Origin: Camelus dromedarius | Lineage: Eukaryota | DNA length: 64,000 nt | Assembly: GCF_036321535.1 (NCBI RefSeq) | Contig: NC_087438.1 | Location: 4,280,001-4,344,000 of the forward strand | Direction of reading: 5' to 3' | Shown: in pieces, positions 63,791 to 64,000 of the stretch | How positions within the stretch are numbered: position 1 is the first letter of the stretch | Layout of the letters: every line of letters starts with the position of its first letter | Position numbers and translations under genes: made by a program | The notes under the pieces: generated by a model | The model's database searches: none | Told to the model about the DNA's origin: nothing | The model's input: the letters and a program-made list of their open reading frames with translations, nothing else

Positions 63791-64000
63791 GTGCTATTCC
63801 TATCTGCTTCATCAATAACTCTGTGTTTGATTTCAGCGTGTAAACCTGAGAAAAGAACAAGATGACTGGCTTCAGAATGTGGAACTGTCCAGAGGTCCAG
63901 CGTGTGCTTGGTGTCCTCAGTGCTCCAGGGTGAGATGTGTGTATTAGCAGCTCAGAGCTCACTCACATTTGGCCTTAAGTCTTTAGTCTGTTCATCATCC

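Noticed and set aside
54000..64000. Exons of the neighbouring gene expected from human synteny (UBE2QL1, recalled)
   Set aside because: No ubiquitin-conjugating-like coding sequence seen; it probably lies outside the window.

Overview
Mammalian genomic DNA, most likely from a camelid (alpaca, vicuna or camel), judged from a tRNA-Ala-derived Vic-1-type SINE at ~4554-4706 and artiodactyl-type young L1 3' ends. The only protein-coding gene I can support is MED10 (Mediator subunit 10) on the minus strand. It has four GT-AG coding exons (36474-36353, 35147-35064, 32928-32826, 30849-30751; 408 nt, 135 aa), a CpG-island promoter rich in GC boxes and ETS sites, and an AATAAA signal at 30214-30209. 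The rest is intergenic sequence dense in interspersed repeats: MaLR/ERVL/ERV1 solo LTRs, L1, L2, MIR and hAT MITEs. Repeat family names come from my recall of consensus sequences, not from a search. I found no convincing novel biological system. The most interesting readable structures are an apparent retrocopy of a cellular transcript 3' end with a 28-bp target-site duplication, an orphan CpG island just past the MED10 poly(A) site, a twin-primed 5'-inverted L1, a three-layer nested insertion, and several E-box/ETS motif clusters. No ORF-track entry is a supportable gene as given; the MED10 coding frame is split across exons.
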